Part shown: positions 1 to 15,351 of the stretch, in pieces
Layout: every line of letters begins with the position of its first letter
Position numbering within the stretch: position 1 is the first letter of the stretch
Assembly: GCF_009914755.1 (NCBI RefSeq)
Contig: NC_060947.1
Reading direction: 5' to 3' (one strand)
Length of the DNA: 64,000 bases
DNA from: the human T2T-CHM13v2.0 reference genome, Homo sapiens
The notes under the pieces: generated by a model
Told to the model about the DNA's origin: nothing
Seen by the model: the letters and a program-made list of their open reading frames with translations, nothing else
Databases searched by the model: none
Translations under genes and position numbers: made by a program

Positions 1-240
1 GCATGATCATGGCTCACTGCAGCCTTGACCTCCTCAGGTTCAGGTGATCCTCCCACCTCAGCCTCCCGAGTAGCTGGGACTAGAGATGCACGATAACGCC
101 CAGCTAATTTTTGTATTTTTAGTAGAGACGGGATTTCACCATGTTGACCAGGCTGCTCTTGAACTCCTGGCCTCAAGCGATCTGCCTGCCTCAGCCTCCC
201 AAAGAGCTAGGATTAAAAGCGTGAGCCACCGCACCCAGCC
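1..240 (-). mobile_element. Alu (old, J/S-like), cut by window edge
   Basis: Antisense Alu sequence ending gtgagccaccgcacccagcc. Confidence 0.9.
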
Positions 241-1689
241 CCAACAGTATACTTTTGAGAACATCACAGGGATGCCCTTCCTCACTTCTCCCCATCATAA
301 TTCCTTCCCCAATTTATATTCATTTATGGAGATGACCAGACACAGGCAATTTCCATGCTTGAGTGCTGTGAACTTTCTTACTGTTATTCTAAAGCTTACT
401 TTGGACTCTTCTTTTACAAAGGATAAAATGCAATATAAGACCCACTAAATTATCCAGACTGGGGTAGAGGGGTCCTTTTGCTACAAAGCCAGGAAATGGA
501 AAAGTTATAATCAAGCAATGAATTCCTGGCATGGGGTGAAAGGCACTCATTAAGCCTAACCATCTCAGCATTCCTGGAATTAAGTGGGAAATAGGGAGCA
601 AACACTCAATATACGATTGAAAAGTTGTTGGGACAAAAGGGCACAACATAATTAAAGACAGAAGAAAATGAGTCAGTCATGTGGCAAAGTATCAGCAGGA
701 AGGGTGAGAAAAACAACATCTCAAAAGATGAATACTACTTCAATATGTGAGGGCTTTGTTATTGGGTAAATAAAAGAGATGGAGAAACAACTAGGGCTAA
801 AGAGAAGTACAGCTGAGCTTTCTAGTGCTATCTGAATGAAATGGGGGCAAATGCCTTTGAAAACAACATAGGCAGCAGTCCACAAACCCTGTGGGCAGAG
901 AAGAACATTTAGTAGACTGTGTATTAGCAAGGGGGCCATCTAAGAGGGTCCAGGGAAACCACACATATTGGTCTCTTCTTAGTACATTTAAAAGCAAATA
1001 TTTTAAACTAAGAAAATTCCCAAATCATATTTCCACAAGCAGAATCCTGTGAGTAACTAAAGATAACTAAAAACCATGCTTACATAATCAGTATTTTCCC
1101 CTTATAAAACACGTCCATGTTTACTATGTTATTTGGAGCACTTTAAACAACCATAAGAGATGGGGATTATTTTCCTCACTCTACAAATAAGAAAAAGGAG
1201 CCCAGAAAAATGAAGTAATTAATCTGAAGTCAACAAGTTAGTGACAGATCCAGAATTAGAGCCTTAATTCTCTAATTCCCCTACCTCCAAGTCCTGCCTT
1301 CATTCCTACTTCTCTAGGAGTCTAGATTCTATGAGCAGTATTTTGAGAAGTCAGTACCACACTGTTGAAAAGAAAGGGATTTTATAGGTAAATTAGTTCT
1401 GGCTGTTGGAATAAATAGCTTTAACAAAACTGAGAAGCCCACAAAAAGTCATCTGATGGAGAAAAGTAAAACAGAATTCCCATCTTACCATCATGCCCCT
1501 AATAAAAATGAATATTGATCAACGCATACATTTCAACATTTAAGTCCCCAATAAGTCTGGGATGGGTACAAGGACCAGTATTTCCAATAATTTTCTGCTG
1601 GTGCTGGTCATGATGGTACTGCCGGTCTAAGGACCACACAAAAAGATTATTTTTAGGCTGTTAAAATAATTAGACTTCATAAAAATGAA

Positions 1690-3560
1690 ACACTTAAGTA
1701 GAAATCTAGCAAAATACATAAAATATCTATATAAGGAAACTACAAAACTCTGATGAAAAAAATCAAAAAAGATATAAATAAATGGAGAGATAACCCACGT
1801 TTATAATTAGGAAAAGTCAATATTTTTAAGATATCAGTTTTTCCCTGGTAGCTTAAAAGCAAATCCTAATCAAAATCAAAAAGATATCTCTAGGATCTTA
1901 AAAGCAATCCCAGTCAAAATCCCAGCAAGTTATTTTGTGGATATGAACAAACTGATTCTTAAGCTTATACCTGACTTCAATGCTTTTTACTACAGTGCAA
2001 TTACTACCATGCTAAAGTAATGAAGATAGTGTGGTATTTGTGAAAGAATAGATAAATAGATCAATGCAACAGAAATAGAGAGCCCAGATACAGACCCATA
2101 TAAATATAGTCAAGTGATCTTTGATAAAGGACAAAAGGTAATTCAAGGAGAAAGAATAGTATTTTCAAAAAACAGTGTTGGAGCAACTGGATATCCACAT
2201 GCAAAACAGTGAATCTAGACACAGACCTTATATCCTTCATAAAAATTAATTCAAAATGAATCATTGACCTAAATGTAAAACAAAAAGCTAAAAAATTCCA
2301 AAAATATAACATAGGAGAAAATCTGGGTGACCTTGGATTTGGAAAAGACTTTTTAGATATAACACCAAAAGTATGATCCATTAAAGCAAAAATGTGTAAG
2401 TTGGACTTCATTAAAATTAAAAACCTATGCAATGCAAAAGAGACTATTAAGAAAATAAAAAGACAAGCCACAGACGAGGAGAAAATCTTTGCAAATGCCT
2501 ATTGGATAAAGGTCTGGAATCTAAAATATACAAAGAACTCTTAAAACTTAACAAAAGAAAATCAATTTAATAATAGGCAAAAGAACTGAACAAATACCTC
2601 ACCAGAAAGGATATACCGATGGCAGTTAAGCATATGGAAAGATGCTCTGCATGATATGTGATTAGGGAGTTGCAAATTACAACAGTAATGAGATACCACT
2701 ACACATCCGTGAGAATGGCTAAAATCCAGAACACTGACAACAGCAAATGCTGGTAAGAACATGGAGCTGGCGAGGACATGGAGCAACAGGATCTCTGATT
2801 CATTGCTGGTTATGCGAAATGGCACAGCTATTTTGGAAGTTGGTTGGCAATTTCTTACAAAATTAAACATACCCTGACAATTTACACTCCAGCAATTACA
2901 CTCCTTATTATTTAACCAAATCAGTTGGAAATTTGTATCAACACAAAAACCTACATACAACTGTTTATAATAGTTTTCCTTATAATTGCCAAAATAACCA
3001 AGATGTCCCTCAGTAGGTGAGTGGACAAACTGTGGTAAATCATACAATGGGATATTACTTAATGATAAAAATAAATGACAGGAAAATAAAATGCATATTG
3101 CTAAGTCAAATACGCCAATCTGAAATGGCTACATACTGTTTGATATCTACTATAAACATTCTGGAAAAGGCAAAACACAATAAAAAGAAAGATCAGTGGT
3201 TGTCAGGGTTTCAGGACTGGAGAAGGAAGAGAAGGATGAATAGATTGGACAAAAGAAATGTTCACGGCCATGAATCTATTCTGTATGGTGACACTGTAAT
3301 GGTGGATACATGTCATTATATATTTGTCAAATCTATAAAATGTATAATACCAAGAGTAAATTCTAATGTAAACTATGAACTTTAGTTAATAATATTGTTT
3401 CAATATTGGCTCATCAATTATAACAAATGTATCACATTCACATGATGTTTAATAATAGGGAAAACTGAATGGGAGAGAGAAAGGTGGTATATGAGTTCTA
3501 TCTTTATTTTCTACTGATTTTCTCTATAAAAGTAAAACTACTCCACAAATTAAAGATTAA
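1690..3560 (+). mobile_element. Old L1 (L1MC-like) ORF2 3' end and 3' UTR, degraded
   Basis: L1 motifs such as gaaactacaaaactctgatgaaa, gttggacttcattaaaattaaaaac, atgagataccactacaca and atggtggatacatgtcattata; reading frame disrupted. Confidence 0.85.
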
Positions 3561-3885
3561 CAAATGGATAATTTGGCTAAAAACACTAAAGACCTCAATT
3601 TCTGTCAACATGTTCAAAGGCCCAGTTTAATATCCACTGAAATTATTTTTCACTGAAATGAACACAGATGGGATTTGCACGTTAATTTCCCTCTATCTAA
3701 TGCCAAACTCTCAGGGTGGAAGCTTGAGACATAATAACCAGATCTATTACCTAACTATTTTTATAGCACCAAGAAGCTATCTGACAGAAATCAAAATAGT
3801 ATAGGATCAATCCAAGCATAAAGGAAAGGAAAAATCCCCTATATCACCCATGAACTCAGCTTCAGTGACAGCGTTAGTGACTTAC

Positions 3886-3947
3886 CATCATCATCCTCTC
3901 ATTTTCTACCTCGTTGAGCAATTCAGCAAATTCCTTGAAGGATTCAG
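3886..3947 (-). CDS. OPHN1: OPHN1 internal coding exon (likely exon 4, c.251-312), BAR domain
   Basis: Minus strand reads tctctccttccag|CT GAA TCC TTC AAG GAA TTT GCT GAA TTG CTC AAC GAG GTA GAA AAT GAG AGG ATG ATG ATG|gtaagt = (A)[20 protein letters not shown]. It joins the upstream exon in frame (G+CT = Ala); 62 nt, phase 1-0. Confidence 0.97.
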
Positions 3948-5134
3948 CTGGAAGGAGAGAATCAAATGTAAAACAAATTAATCATGGTGCTTGACAGACA
4001 AATGGATAGAGATCTGTGCAACAGGAAGTAGGGACCAGTGCCCTATGCCCACATGGCCACTAGAGGAAGGTGTCAAATCGGAGGACAAAAGCAGGTGTTC
4101 AGCACCTGTTGAATGTTTCTTTTCTTTTCTTTCCTCTTTTATCAATCCCCATACACTTTAATATTTTATTTAATCCTTACAGCCACTCAGGAGTAGCTAG
4201 AATTTCTCTTATTTCATAGACAAGCTAAAAGATTAGGGAAGGGGCAAGAGGTTTGCTGTGTAATTAATTGGCAGCTATAGAACCCTGAAACGAGTTTGGA
4301 TCCCTGTTCCACTACTGACCAACCAGAGACTATTGCTGTAAAAACTAAATTGGATGGTGAATGTAGTGTCAACACAAAGTAAATAATAAACATTACCCTT
4401 TCCACCCTCCCAAACTTTCTACTCTTCTAGTGCCAATTGTGCCACTTACTGGCAGGATGACTGGGCAAATCACTTCCTTTCTCAGAAATTCAATGTCTTT
4501 ATATACAAAAAAAAGTAAGTTAAGCTAAATAGTCTTTAGTGCCTATTCAAATTCCTCAACTTCTCTCCAGAAGCAGGAAGTATATTCTCGACTGGCATCT
4601 GAATGAAAGCCTGGAAAAACAAATTTGTCTATACTAATATTTTTAATCAAAAATTGAGTTTCCTCCTTAAAACAACTGAACAAGTCCAGCATTCCTGGTG
4701 TCAAGGAAATGAATTTTGGAGTCAACACAGGATGCAAGGCAATGACATTTCTTTCTTCTTCTGAGGATTAAGTTGCTGCAAATACCCAGGGAGATCACCT
4801 TTGAAAACACTAAATTCATTCAGAGCTCAACCGTAGCATAGAAAAGATAAACACCATACTCAGAAAGAGTAAACAGGAAAAAATGGAAATGTTTATTGAC
4901 CTTCTGTCCCCAAATACTTTATGCTAAGAAAAGAGTCAGAGATTTTAATTGGCATTTTTCCAGACACGATCAGTTTACCTCTAAAGGAAATGTGACAAAT
5001 ATCATATTCAAACATTTAAAGGAAAAGACTAAATTTCATGGACATTAAATGTGCCAAGCCTTCTGCTTGAGGGTTTAATTGTGACAATATCTTTATTAGG
5101 TGCTTATTATTATCACTGAATTGATATCACCATA

Positions 5135-5390
5135 TAATATAGTTTGGGTATCTATCTCCTCAAAATCTCATGTTGAAATTTGATCCCCAATGTTGGAGGT
5201 GAGGTGTGACACACTGACTCCCTTTCTTCTTCTGCCACCACTGGAAGCTTCCTGAGGTGCTCACCAGAAGCAGATGCTGATGCCATGCTTCCTATACAGC
5301 CTGCAGAACCATGAGCCAAATAAACCTCTCTTCTTCATAAATCACCTAGCATTGGGTATTCCTTTATGGTGACACAAATGGACTGAGACA
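5135..5390 (+). mobile_element. MaLR LTR (MST-like), internally deleted, inserted in an antisense L1 3' end
   Basis: aaatctcatgttgaaatttgatccccaatgttggaggt ... cagcctgcagaaccatgagccaaataaacctct ... aaatggactgagaca. Confidence 0.8.
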
Positions 5391-7545
5391 TAATAAAATG
5401 CACCATTTTAAAGTGTACAATTCGGGCTTTTAGTATATTCACAAAGTTGTGCAACTATCACCACTGTACAGTTGCAGAACATTTTCATCACCCCCAAAAG
5501 AAACCCAAACCCCATTAGCATTACACCCCATTACCACTTCCTCCCAACACCCAGATAACCACTAATCTATTTTCTATTTCCATGAACTTGCCTACTCTAG
5601 ACATTTCTCATAAATGGAAACACATGTGACCTCTGAATCTGGTTTATGCAACCATGAACATTTGTGAACAAGTTTTATGTGAATGTACGTACATATGAAA
5701 AGTTGGCCCTCCATGTGTGTGAATTTCACATCCCACAAATACTGTATTTTTCTATCCAAATCAAAGAGAAAAAGTCTGCCTGTAACTGGACCTCTGCGTT
5801 TTGAACCCATATTGTTTGAGGGTCAACTATATTTAGTATTTCATTATAATCAGTTTTATTTCTCTAGGATTAGTAGTAATGTCCCCTATTTCATTCCTGA
5901 TTTTAGTAATTCAAGTAGTCTCACGGTCAGTCTAGCTAAGGGTTTGTCAATTTTGTTTAACTTTATGAAGAACAGATGTTTGGTTTCAATGACTGTCTTG
6001 TTATTTTGACAAGGCTGCCTTATTATTATATTCTTTTTCTGTTCTCCATTTCATTTATTTCCTCTTTAGTCTTTATTATTTCTTTACTTTTGTTTCTTTA
6101 GTTTGCTCTTGTTTTTCAAGTGTCTTAAGTTGGAAAGTTTGGTTATTGATTTGATATCTTTGTTCTTTTTTAACATAGGAATTTGAAGCTACAAATTTCC
6201 TTCCAAACACTGTTTTAGCAGCATCCCATAAGATTTAGTATGTTGTGACTGTTTTCATTCATTTCTCTTCTTTCATTTTTCTCTTATTTTTTACAAGATT
6301 ATCTCTGTTATTTTCTTTCATTAGACTCATATGGTTAGGCATGTATCTCTAAATTTAACTTCTTGGATGTGCAGATTCATGTTTTTCACCAAATTTGCCA
6401 ATTTCTTGGCCATTATTTCTTCAAATATTCTTTCTTTCCTGTCTCACTCTCTTCTTCTGAGGTTCTCATTCTGTATATGCTCTTATGCTTGATGATATCC
6501 CACAGGTATCTGAGGTTCTGTTCATTTTTCTCAATCATTATTCTTTATTTCCCTCAGATTGAATGATCTCAATTCACTTGTCTTTAAATTTGCTGGTCAT
6601 TTATTTTCCCAGTACAATATGGTGCTGAACCCCCAGTAGTAAGTTTTTCATTTCAGTTATTATACTGCAACTTCCAACTGCAAGTTTCAGTTGATTCCTT
6701 TAAAAAAAATCTATCTCTTTATTGATATTGTCTATTTTGTGAGACACTGTTCTCATTCATTTCTTAAGTTCTTTAGACATGGTCTCATTTATTAATTTAA
6801 ATATATTTAAATAGGTAATTGAAACTCTTTGTCTAGAAAATCTAATGTAAGGGCTTCCTCGGGGGCAGGTTCTATTAATTGCTTTTTTTCCCTTGTTCAA
6901 GGGTCATATTTTACTATTTCTTTGCATGTCTCATAATTTTTTAAAAGTTAACATTCTAAATAGTGTGGCAACTTTGGAAATCAGAACTCCTCTCTTTCCC
7001 CAGAGCTTGTTGTTCTTGTGGTTGCTTGTTGTTACATTGGCTTCATGGACTCATTCTATAGTCTGCATTCTTTGTCATATGAAACCACTAAAGTCTCTGG
7101 TCAGTAAGCTTACTGGTCAACAAGTGATTGGACAGAGATTTCTTTAAATGGTTTGAACAAATATCTCCAAGCCTTTGCTGAAGGGCTCTCTGTGTATTGT
7201 GGGGTGTGCCTTCAACATTCAGCCAGACAGTTTACAACTGTGCCTTAGCCTTCACTCCTCCTTGCAAAGAGCTGAAGGTCAGCCAGAAGTGGGAGATTAG
7301 ATGTCTCAAGTCTAATCTCCTTGTTTGTATCTTCTAGACAGATACAAACGCTGGGTATGTACAAAGCCCCTCTCATGTGCATGACTCCTAGATTTCCAGG
7401 AATATCTCACAGCTCTTCAAAGCTCTCCAAGGATAATTCATTCTCCATTTTGTCCTGTTTGGTTTATTGTTCAGCTTCTTATTTGCTACTTTATTCTTTT
7501 TGTTGTCTGTGGAAACTGTAGTACTAAACAACTGCCACTGAATGG
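5391..7545 (-). mobile_element. Antisense old L1M fragments, with a Tigger2/MER8-like end at ~5720-5830
   Basis: T-rich antisense L1 motifs (tttagtatattcacaaagttgtgcaac, gtctagctaagggtttgtcaattttg); terminal-repeat-like ttgtttgagggtcaacta. Confidence 0.7.
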
Positions 7546-7563
7546 TTTTAGAAAATGCCCTAG

Positions 7564-7988
7564 GGGCAGGTGTGGTGGCTCACACCTGTAATCCTAGTAC
7601 TCTGGGAGGCTCAGGCAGGTGGACTGCTTGAGACCAGAAGTTTGAGACCAGCCTGGCCAACGTGGAGAAACTTGTCTCTACTAAAAATACAAAAATTAGC
7701 TGGGCATGGTGGCAGGTGCCTGTAATTCCAGCTACTCAGGAGGCTGAGGCAGGAATATTGCTTGAAATCGGGAGGCAGAGGCTTCAGTAAGCCAAGATGC
7801 CACTACTGCACTACAGCCTGGATGAGAGAGAGAGAAAGAGAGAGAGAGAAAGAAGGAAGGAAGGCAGGAAGGAAGGAAAAGAAATTAAGAAAGGAAGAAA
7901 GGAAGGAAGGAAGGAAGGAGAAAGAAAAAGAAAGGAAGAAAAAAAAGAAAGAGAGAGAGAAAGGAAGGAAGGAAGGAAGAAAGAAGGA

Positions 7989-8020
<32 letters not shown>

Positions 8021-8327
8021 AAAGGGAGGGAGGGAGGAGAAGGGGAAGGGAAGAAAGGAAAGAAGGAAGGAGGGAAGGGAAGGGAAGGGAGAAAAGAAAA
8101 GAGAAGAGAAGGGAAGGGAAGGGGAAAAGAAGAAAGAAAGGAAGAAGGAAGGAAGGAAAAGAAAAGAAATTAAAAAAAAAAAAAAAACAATCACAAGTGG
8201 GTTGCAGTGACTCATGCCTTTAATCTCAGAGGCCAAGGCAGGAGGATTGCTTGTGAGGCCAAGGCAGGAGGATTGCTTGAGGTCAGGAGTTCTGTCTCAA
8301 AAAAAAAAAAAAAAATGCACAAAAGAA
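7564..8327 (+). mobile_element. Composite Alu: AluS-like body, purine tract, rearranged Alu 5' fragment and Alu tail inside one TSD
   Basis: TSD agaaaatgccctag (7550-7563) / agaaaatgcgctag (8328-8341). Confidence 0.85.
7822..8187 (+). repeat. Polypurine compound microsatellite (GA/GGAA/GAAA/GGGAA)
   Basis: ~365 bp, almost entirely A/G. Confidence 0.95.
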
Positions 8328-9315
8328 AGAAAATGCGCTAGTAAAACAACAACAACAACCATTTAAAGAGTAAACTCTGAGTCAACTCAAATAACATAAG
8401 CCCTGTGAGTGATATTTCTCAAATTTTGAGTAACTTCACACCCATTCTACCCTCACCCATGGCTGCTAGAATGGTGGTTTGCACACATTGCATGATTATA
8501 CAGACGTTAGTTTTCAAAGCTACTATGGAACTGCAGAAAGGAATAGGAACATGGCAAATTAAAATGTCATAGAGCTCAGTGTTTTCTCAACTATTCAGCC
8601 ATTTTTATTTAATAAACATGCACTGTTTTGTTGCAAAATTTTGGTTCGTTTTTGGAGTTTTAAAAAAGTTGATTTTGGAAATTTCTGCCAGTGTTTTTGC
8701 TGCTTTTATGAAAGATCGAATTTTTGGAGGTCATTTTTCAACTATTCCCACCGTGGTAACCTGGTCAGAGCTTCTTGATCCTTACTTTCAATTAACATAC
8801 AGCTTCAGTAATTGTTAAATCACTTTAAAATTAAGTTGCTGAGTCAAGAAAAACCTCATTGCTGAATATGTGGCCTGAAAAAGCCCTATGAGTACATTTA
8901 TTGCTTGATCGGAAGACTGCAAATGCCTAGAGAAGTATGTGGCACAGGGCAAGAAGCATGTAGCAAAGTCAAGATAGCCTCTTGATTCTAAGATTGTAAT
9001 CACTTGCTTTCTAAAAAGGTTAAGACTTTTACAGATCATCTATCTTAGTCCAACTATGTCATTTTATTCCTGAGAAAACTGAGGCCCAGAGATTGGAACT
9101 GACTTGTTCAAGGTCACACAGCTAGCTGAACAGTCAAAAGAGGACCCCATTTCAATGTTCTATCTACAGTCCCCAGTCATAGTGAAAGCACTATGTCACA
9201 TTGTTTTCACTGTCCCTCCAACTGGCCCCACAAATGGTGTTTTCTTCTCCAAATATCCTCATATTCACTCTCCCTTGGTCATATCTATAGCAAATCAAGA
9301 AAAGGGCAAAAGCAG

Positions 9316-9632
<317 letters not shown>

Positions 9633-11011
9633 GAAAAAGGCAAAAGCGGAAGGTTTGGACAAGGGTTATTTCTGACTCAGAATCTTGAGGTCCTATAAAG
9701 CCTCTTACGGATCTATTTTTAACCAAATATCATGGATAATTAATTACAGCATCTTCTAAAAACTAACCCTGCAGACGGCTCTGTAGAATTAATGGGAAGG
9801 CAATAAAAGCTTTAGTGAGGAGATCAGACTGTCCATTACAGAGTGTGGGAGAGAATAGTCATTAAGGAGCCAAAGTCATTAGAGTCCTTTTGCCCTCTCT
9901 TCAGATACTAGGACTGAGGACTAAGAAAATTGGCTAAGAAATGGAAGAAAACAGCCCTGCATAACCATAACAAACAACAACACCATCATCAATAATAGCA
10001 ACATCCCCTGCCGCAACACCACCACAAAGCAGGGCTTATAAAACTTACTGCAAAATTCCTCAATAATGTTTACCAATCCAAGAATTTTCTTTTTAAAAAA
10101 AGACCACAGCAAGAGAACATTATCCTTGGAAAATTTCAAAGAAATTACAAAAAATTCGGAAAAGTGAGATGGGAAAAGCAATATGGTAGATGTTTCTCAA
10201 GTGTTTTATTATTCATCATTACAATTTCAGTGATGAGAAAACTGAGGTTTAATTTAGCAAGGTCATATAAATTACAGTGTTATGCACTGTCTTCCAAACA
10301 ATTGTAAAAATTGACAAATGTGGATCAAACAGCTTAAAATTATCTATACCCTTTTACATTGTAAATTCGTATCTGGGAAACCATACCTAAAACCTAATCA
10401 TGGCATGGTCATGGTGGAAAATACCTGTAATCTCAACACTTTGGGAGGCCAAGGCAGGAGGATTGCTCAAATGCCTGATGGCAACAGTGAGCCATCTCTA
10501 CAAAAGTGAGACCCCCCATCTCTACAAAAAACAAACAAACAAACAAAAAGAACTAATTCTGAATACAGAGGGATAAACCTTTATATCCAAAGGTAGGCAT
10601 TCAACATTATTGCTGATGATGAATAATTGAAAACACATAAAATGTCCAATGATTGGGAAATTATTAAGTATGTCCACTTAATGGACTATTATTGAAGCTA
10701 TTAAAAAGGAAATTACACAAAATTTTCTGTACATGACAAAATAGCTAGAGTGTCACACTATTTAAAAACAGAATATAAAAATCTGTATGCAACAATTGTA
10801 CACAAGTACAGCTATATGCAGAAAATTGTTTCGACCCCCAAAAAAGCCAAGAAAAAAATACATCAAAATAATTGATTCTTTTTTTTTTAATTAAATCTAG
10901 CTCTCAGGCTTAACTATTTATTGATTATTTACTATGACATTAACACGGTTATGGAGTGCATATATGTATAAATTTTAAAGTCAAAAATGAAATGATTTAA
11001 AGACCTACTTA

Positions 11012-11630
<619 letters not shown>

Positions 11631-14581
11631 TTAAGCTACTTATTAGCTATGTGATCCTGGGCAAGTTTCTTAACCTCCATTAGCCTCATTCACCTCCTTA
11701 AAATTGCTCTGAGAATTAGATAGTGTACACAAAGCAGTAGGCACACAGTAGGTACTCAGTATACGGAAGCTAATAATAATCTTTTTGTTCATTTCCATAT
11801 TTTTATAATAAAGCATGTTTATATTATAATGCAAAGATACCAATAAACTCAATTATTACTTTTTTTAATGAAAACTGCCTAAGATCATGTAGTCAGTAAA
11901 TAAACAGGTCAGAGTCTGAACTCAGGTCCAGCCAAATCCAAGACCATGTTTCTAAATCCTACCATATCCCCATGAAGAAAAGTGAGCCAAGATATAAGGG
12001 TCATTGCTATGGATACAATATGGTGGCAGGAACAGGATAGAGAAGAGAGCTCAGAGTGAAAGATTACTGGAGTCCAAGAGACCTTAATGAGGGAGAAAGA
12101 GTAAATGGCAGACAGGCCTGAAGCCTGGGCCTGCCAAATGATGCTCCTGAGAAAATGACATTCACTTTGCTAGATCTCTCAACAAATAGGAACGTCTTGG
12201 GATCATTTTGTACCACTTACTTGACCCTGGCTGGCACTTAACCAGCAGTCAGTCTCCAGATCAGTCAGAAGGGAAATGGGCAAAAAGGTACAAAAAGCCT
12301 ATGAGAATAGGGGGCTCATGTTCAGCAGTCTCCTCACTCTGCATGAGTGCCATCTTCTTCACTCAAATTCCCCAGTGGAACCTCAGAGGGCCTGGGAGCT
12401 TTGAAAGGACACTGGGTTGTGCCCTGCTTTGTGAATCCCGGACCACTGAGTGTGGAACTGAGACCAGGGCTCCAAGAAAGCAGCCAGTGTTAAGACATCC
12501 CACATCCTTCTGTGTTCTGAAAAATGGTTAGACTGCAAAGTCTATATATAGACTTTGCACCTCATATATAGCATCAATCTCCATTCTTCTTCATGCCTCC
12601 CATAAGACTTGCAGGTGACTCCCTTGTTTACCTGCCTCTACAATACCCCAATTTTCTTCCATTTCTTTGAGATGTTCCTCATTAATAAAGGTTCTCCCTA
12701 TGGCAATAACTTCCTTAATTGTCCAGTGCATAGTTTTGGTGCTTTTTGTTTTATCGTCTGAGTTGCACAGGAAGCACCATGAAATCAAAAGAGATGTTCA
12801 GACTTCCCTAGCTTAAATGGGCTAAACGTTACCAATGTACATATTTCAGAAATTGAATGCTATACAGGAAGTTCTTAGAGAACGATCAATGTTCTTGCTT
12901 TCCACAGTATGTTTTATTAAGATTTCTCAATCTCTTTACTTGATATTCTTTTGGGTGGCTGGGGGTTGTTCAATCAATCCTCCCACCTCAGCCTCCTGAG
13001 TACCTGGGATTACAGGTATGCATCGCTGAGCCCAGCTTTACTTGATATTATTGATATATTCTTGGTATATTCTAACTATAAGCTTGCTATGTTCATGGTA
13101 TATTATGTCAGAATTATTATGTTATGTCTGAAGACTTTTTTCTTCATAAAGGTTGTTTACCAATTTTTATAAATATAATATTCACTCTTCCTTGAAAATA
13201 GTGTTATTATGATTATAGATTTTTTGTAAAATCTTTTTATGGATTGATATTTCTTTTGTTTTATATGCCACATAAATCCCATGTATTTTTCAGTTGCATT
13301 ATTCTTCTGGTAATAAAATTTCATCAAGTCTTCCACTTTTGAAAATGATCAGTAATAAGTTGGCCACTGCCATTTTAAGTCCTTTCTCATCTACACATAG
13401 GTTTTTATGTTTTAATCTGATGCTTCCCTGAAAGCATTTAGAATCAGCTCCTAGGCTCAAGTGAGTCACTCACATTTGCCTTCCAAAGTGCTGAGATTAC
13501 AGGCATGAGGCACCGTACCCAGCCCAATTATCACCTTCTCATATGACTTCGAGTCATGGAGAACTAAAACCTGACGGCCCAGATCCCAATAGAGACTTCT
13601 GATTACCTTGTATTTTCTCTTTTCCTCAGGATCTGAGAAGAAGCCCTATGCACTCAAGCCCAATAACTTGATATAAACCTCTAAGGGCTTATCACCACAG
13701 CAGAAGGTGCATTGGGCTAGAACTTTCCCCAGAAAAGCTATTGCCTGTGCTAAGAAAGTCTGGCAAAATATTTGGTTCATGCATGCCCCTATATGAAAGA
13801 TAATCAATATTGTGAACAATGTCACCAACTGACATATGAGCTTAAGAGCTTCAAGATGTATAACCAAAAGATTTTCCCCCCACCAATCTCATGAAAATCA
13901 CTGAACCTTCAGAATTCAACTCCTGGCTCTTTACTTAAATACAATCTTTTACATTAGTGCTTCTTTTTTCATTTTAGCCATTCCTCTTTTAAGATGCCTG
14001 ACCTCCAGGACTCTAAAACAACTGACATTTGCCACCACTTCTCAAAAGATACTTCAACTGGTTTTGTAGAAAAAAATACCAACAAAAGCCCTCAAGAGAC
14101 TATTTCTTAGTCCCTTCTTTATCTCAACCAAGAGGTTTATGATCTGCTGTGAGTTGTTTAGCAATGAATAATATTCACATTAAACAAAAATCAGGATCAG
14201 GGGACTGACAATGTTAAACCCTCATGTCTCAGAAACCAGTAATGGGTGGCTGATGGAACTTTCCATCTAGAAGTCTGACCTTAAATCAATCTTCTTGGTC
14301 CACAAAGGTGTTTCTTTAAATATGTTAGCATAACTGGGGTGGAAATGTGATTTACAGTCTGAGATTTAGAACATGACTTTTATTCCCCCAGGCATAAACA
14401 AACAACCCACTAAAACCCCATGGGTGACATTTTCTGGAAAAGATGTAGCAAGGTAGATGCACAGAATAAAAGAACTATGCTATCAGGGTTCACCTAATGG
14501 ATGCCATGCTCTGCTGATGACAAGATTGAAATTTGAAGTTAAAATACGAGGCCCTCTGAAGATCCTCACCAAATAATTCCC

Positions 14582-14718
14582 AGGTACCCAGGCTGTAAAC
14601 TTTAAGGAGGTATATTCACTCTCAAGTGCCAGCCTGTACTTGCACAACCCTGAGAGTAAGTGCCTCCTTAAATCTGAGCCCTAGCCACCTGCCTTGTTTC
14701 ACCTTAACCCTGGAACTG
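14582..14718. mobile_element. Palindromic hAT-type MITE fragment (MER96-like)
   Basis: Inverted arms tttaaggaggtatattcactctca ... tgagagtaagtgcctccttaaa. Confidence 0.7.
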
Positions 14719-15022
14719 ACTCAGATATCACTTCTCTGAGAAGGCTTCCATGTTTATTCTCCGCATCATCCCGTCCCCCAATACATATACACACCAGTCT
14801 GAATTAGGGGCTACCATGTGCTTACCTCTACCATAGTCCTTATCACATTGTGTTACCATTGCCTATTTAGTTATCCACCTCCTTTAATAGACTATGAGCT
14901 CCTTGAAGGCAGGAAGATGTGTTCTATGTCTCTGAATCCCTTGTTTATGTCATTTAGTGGACACGCTACCTATTTACTAATGAACAAAAATACATATAAG
15001 GGATCCTGAGAAAAGAGTAACC

Positions 15023-15351
<329 letters not shown>

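Noticed and set aside
7762-8236. Lys/Glu/Arg-rich and Phe/Leu/Ser-rich ORFs (also at 37967-38648)
   Set aside because: Translations of purine microsatellites, which lack stop codons.
13608-13900. Strong-looking plus-strand splice acceptor (ttttctcttttcctcag|gat) suggesting an antisense exon
   Set aside because: No convincing donor, ORF or partner exon identified; such motifs occur by chance.
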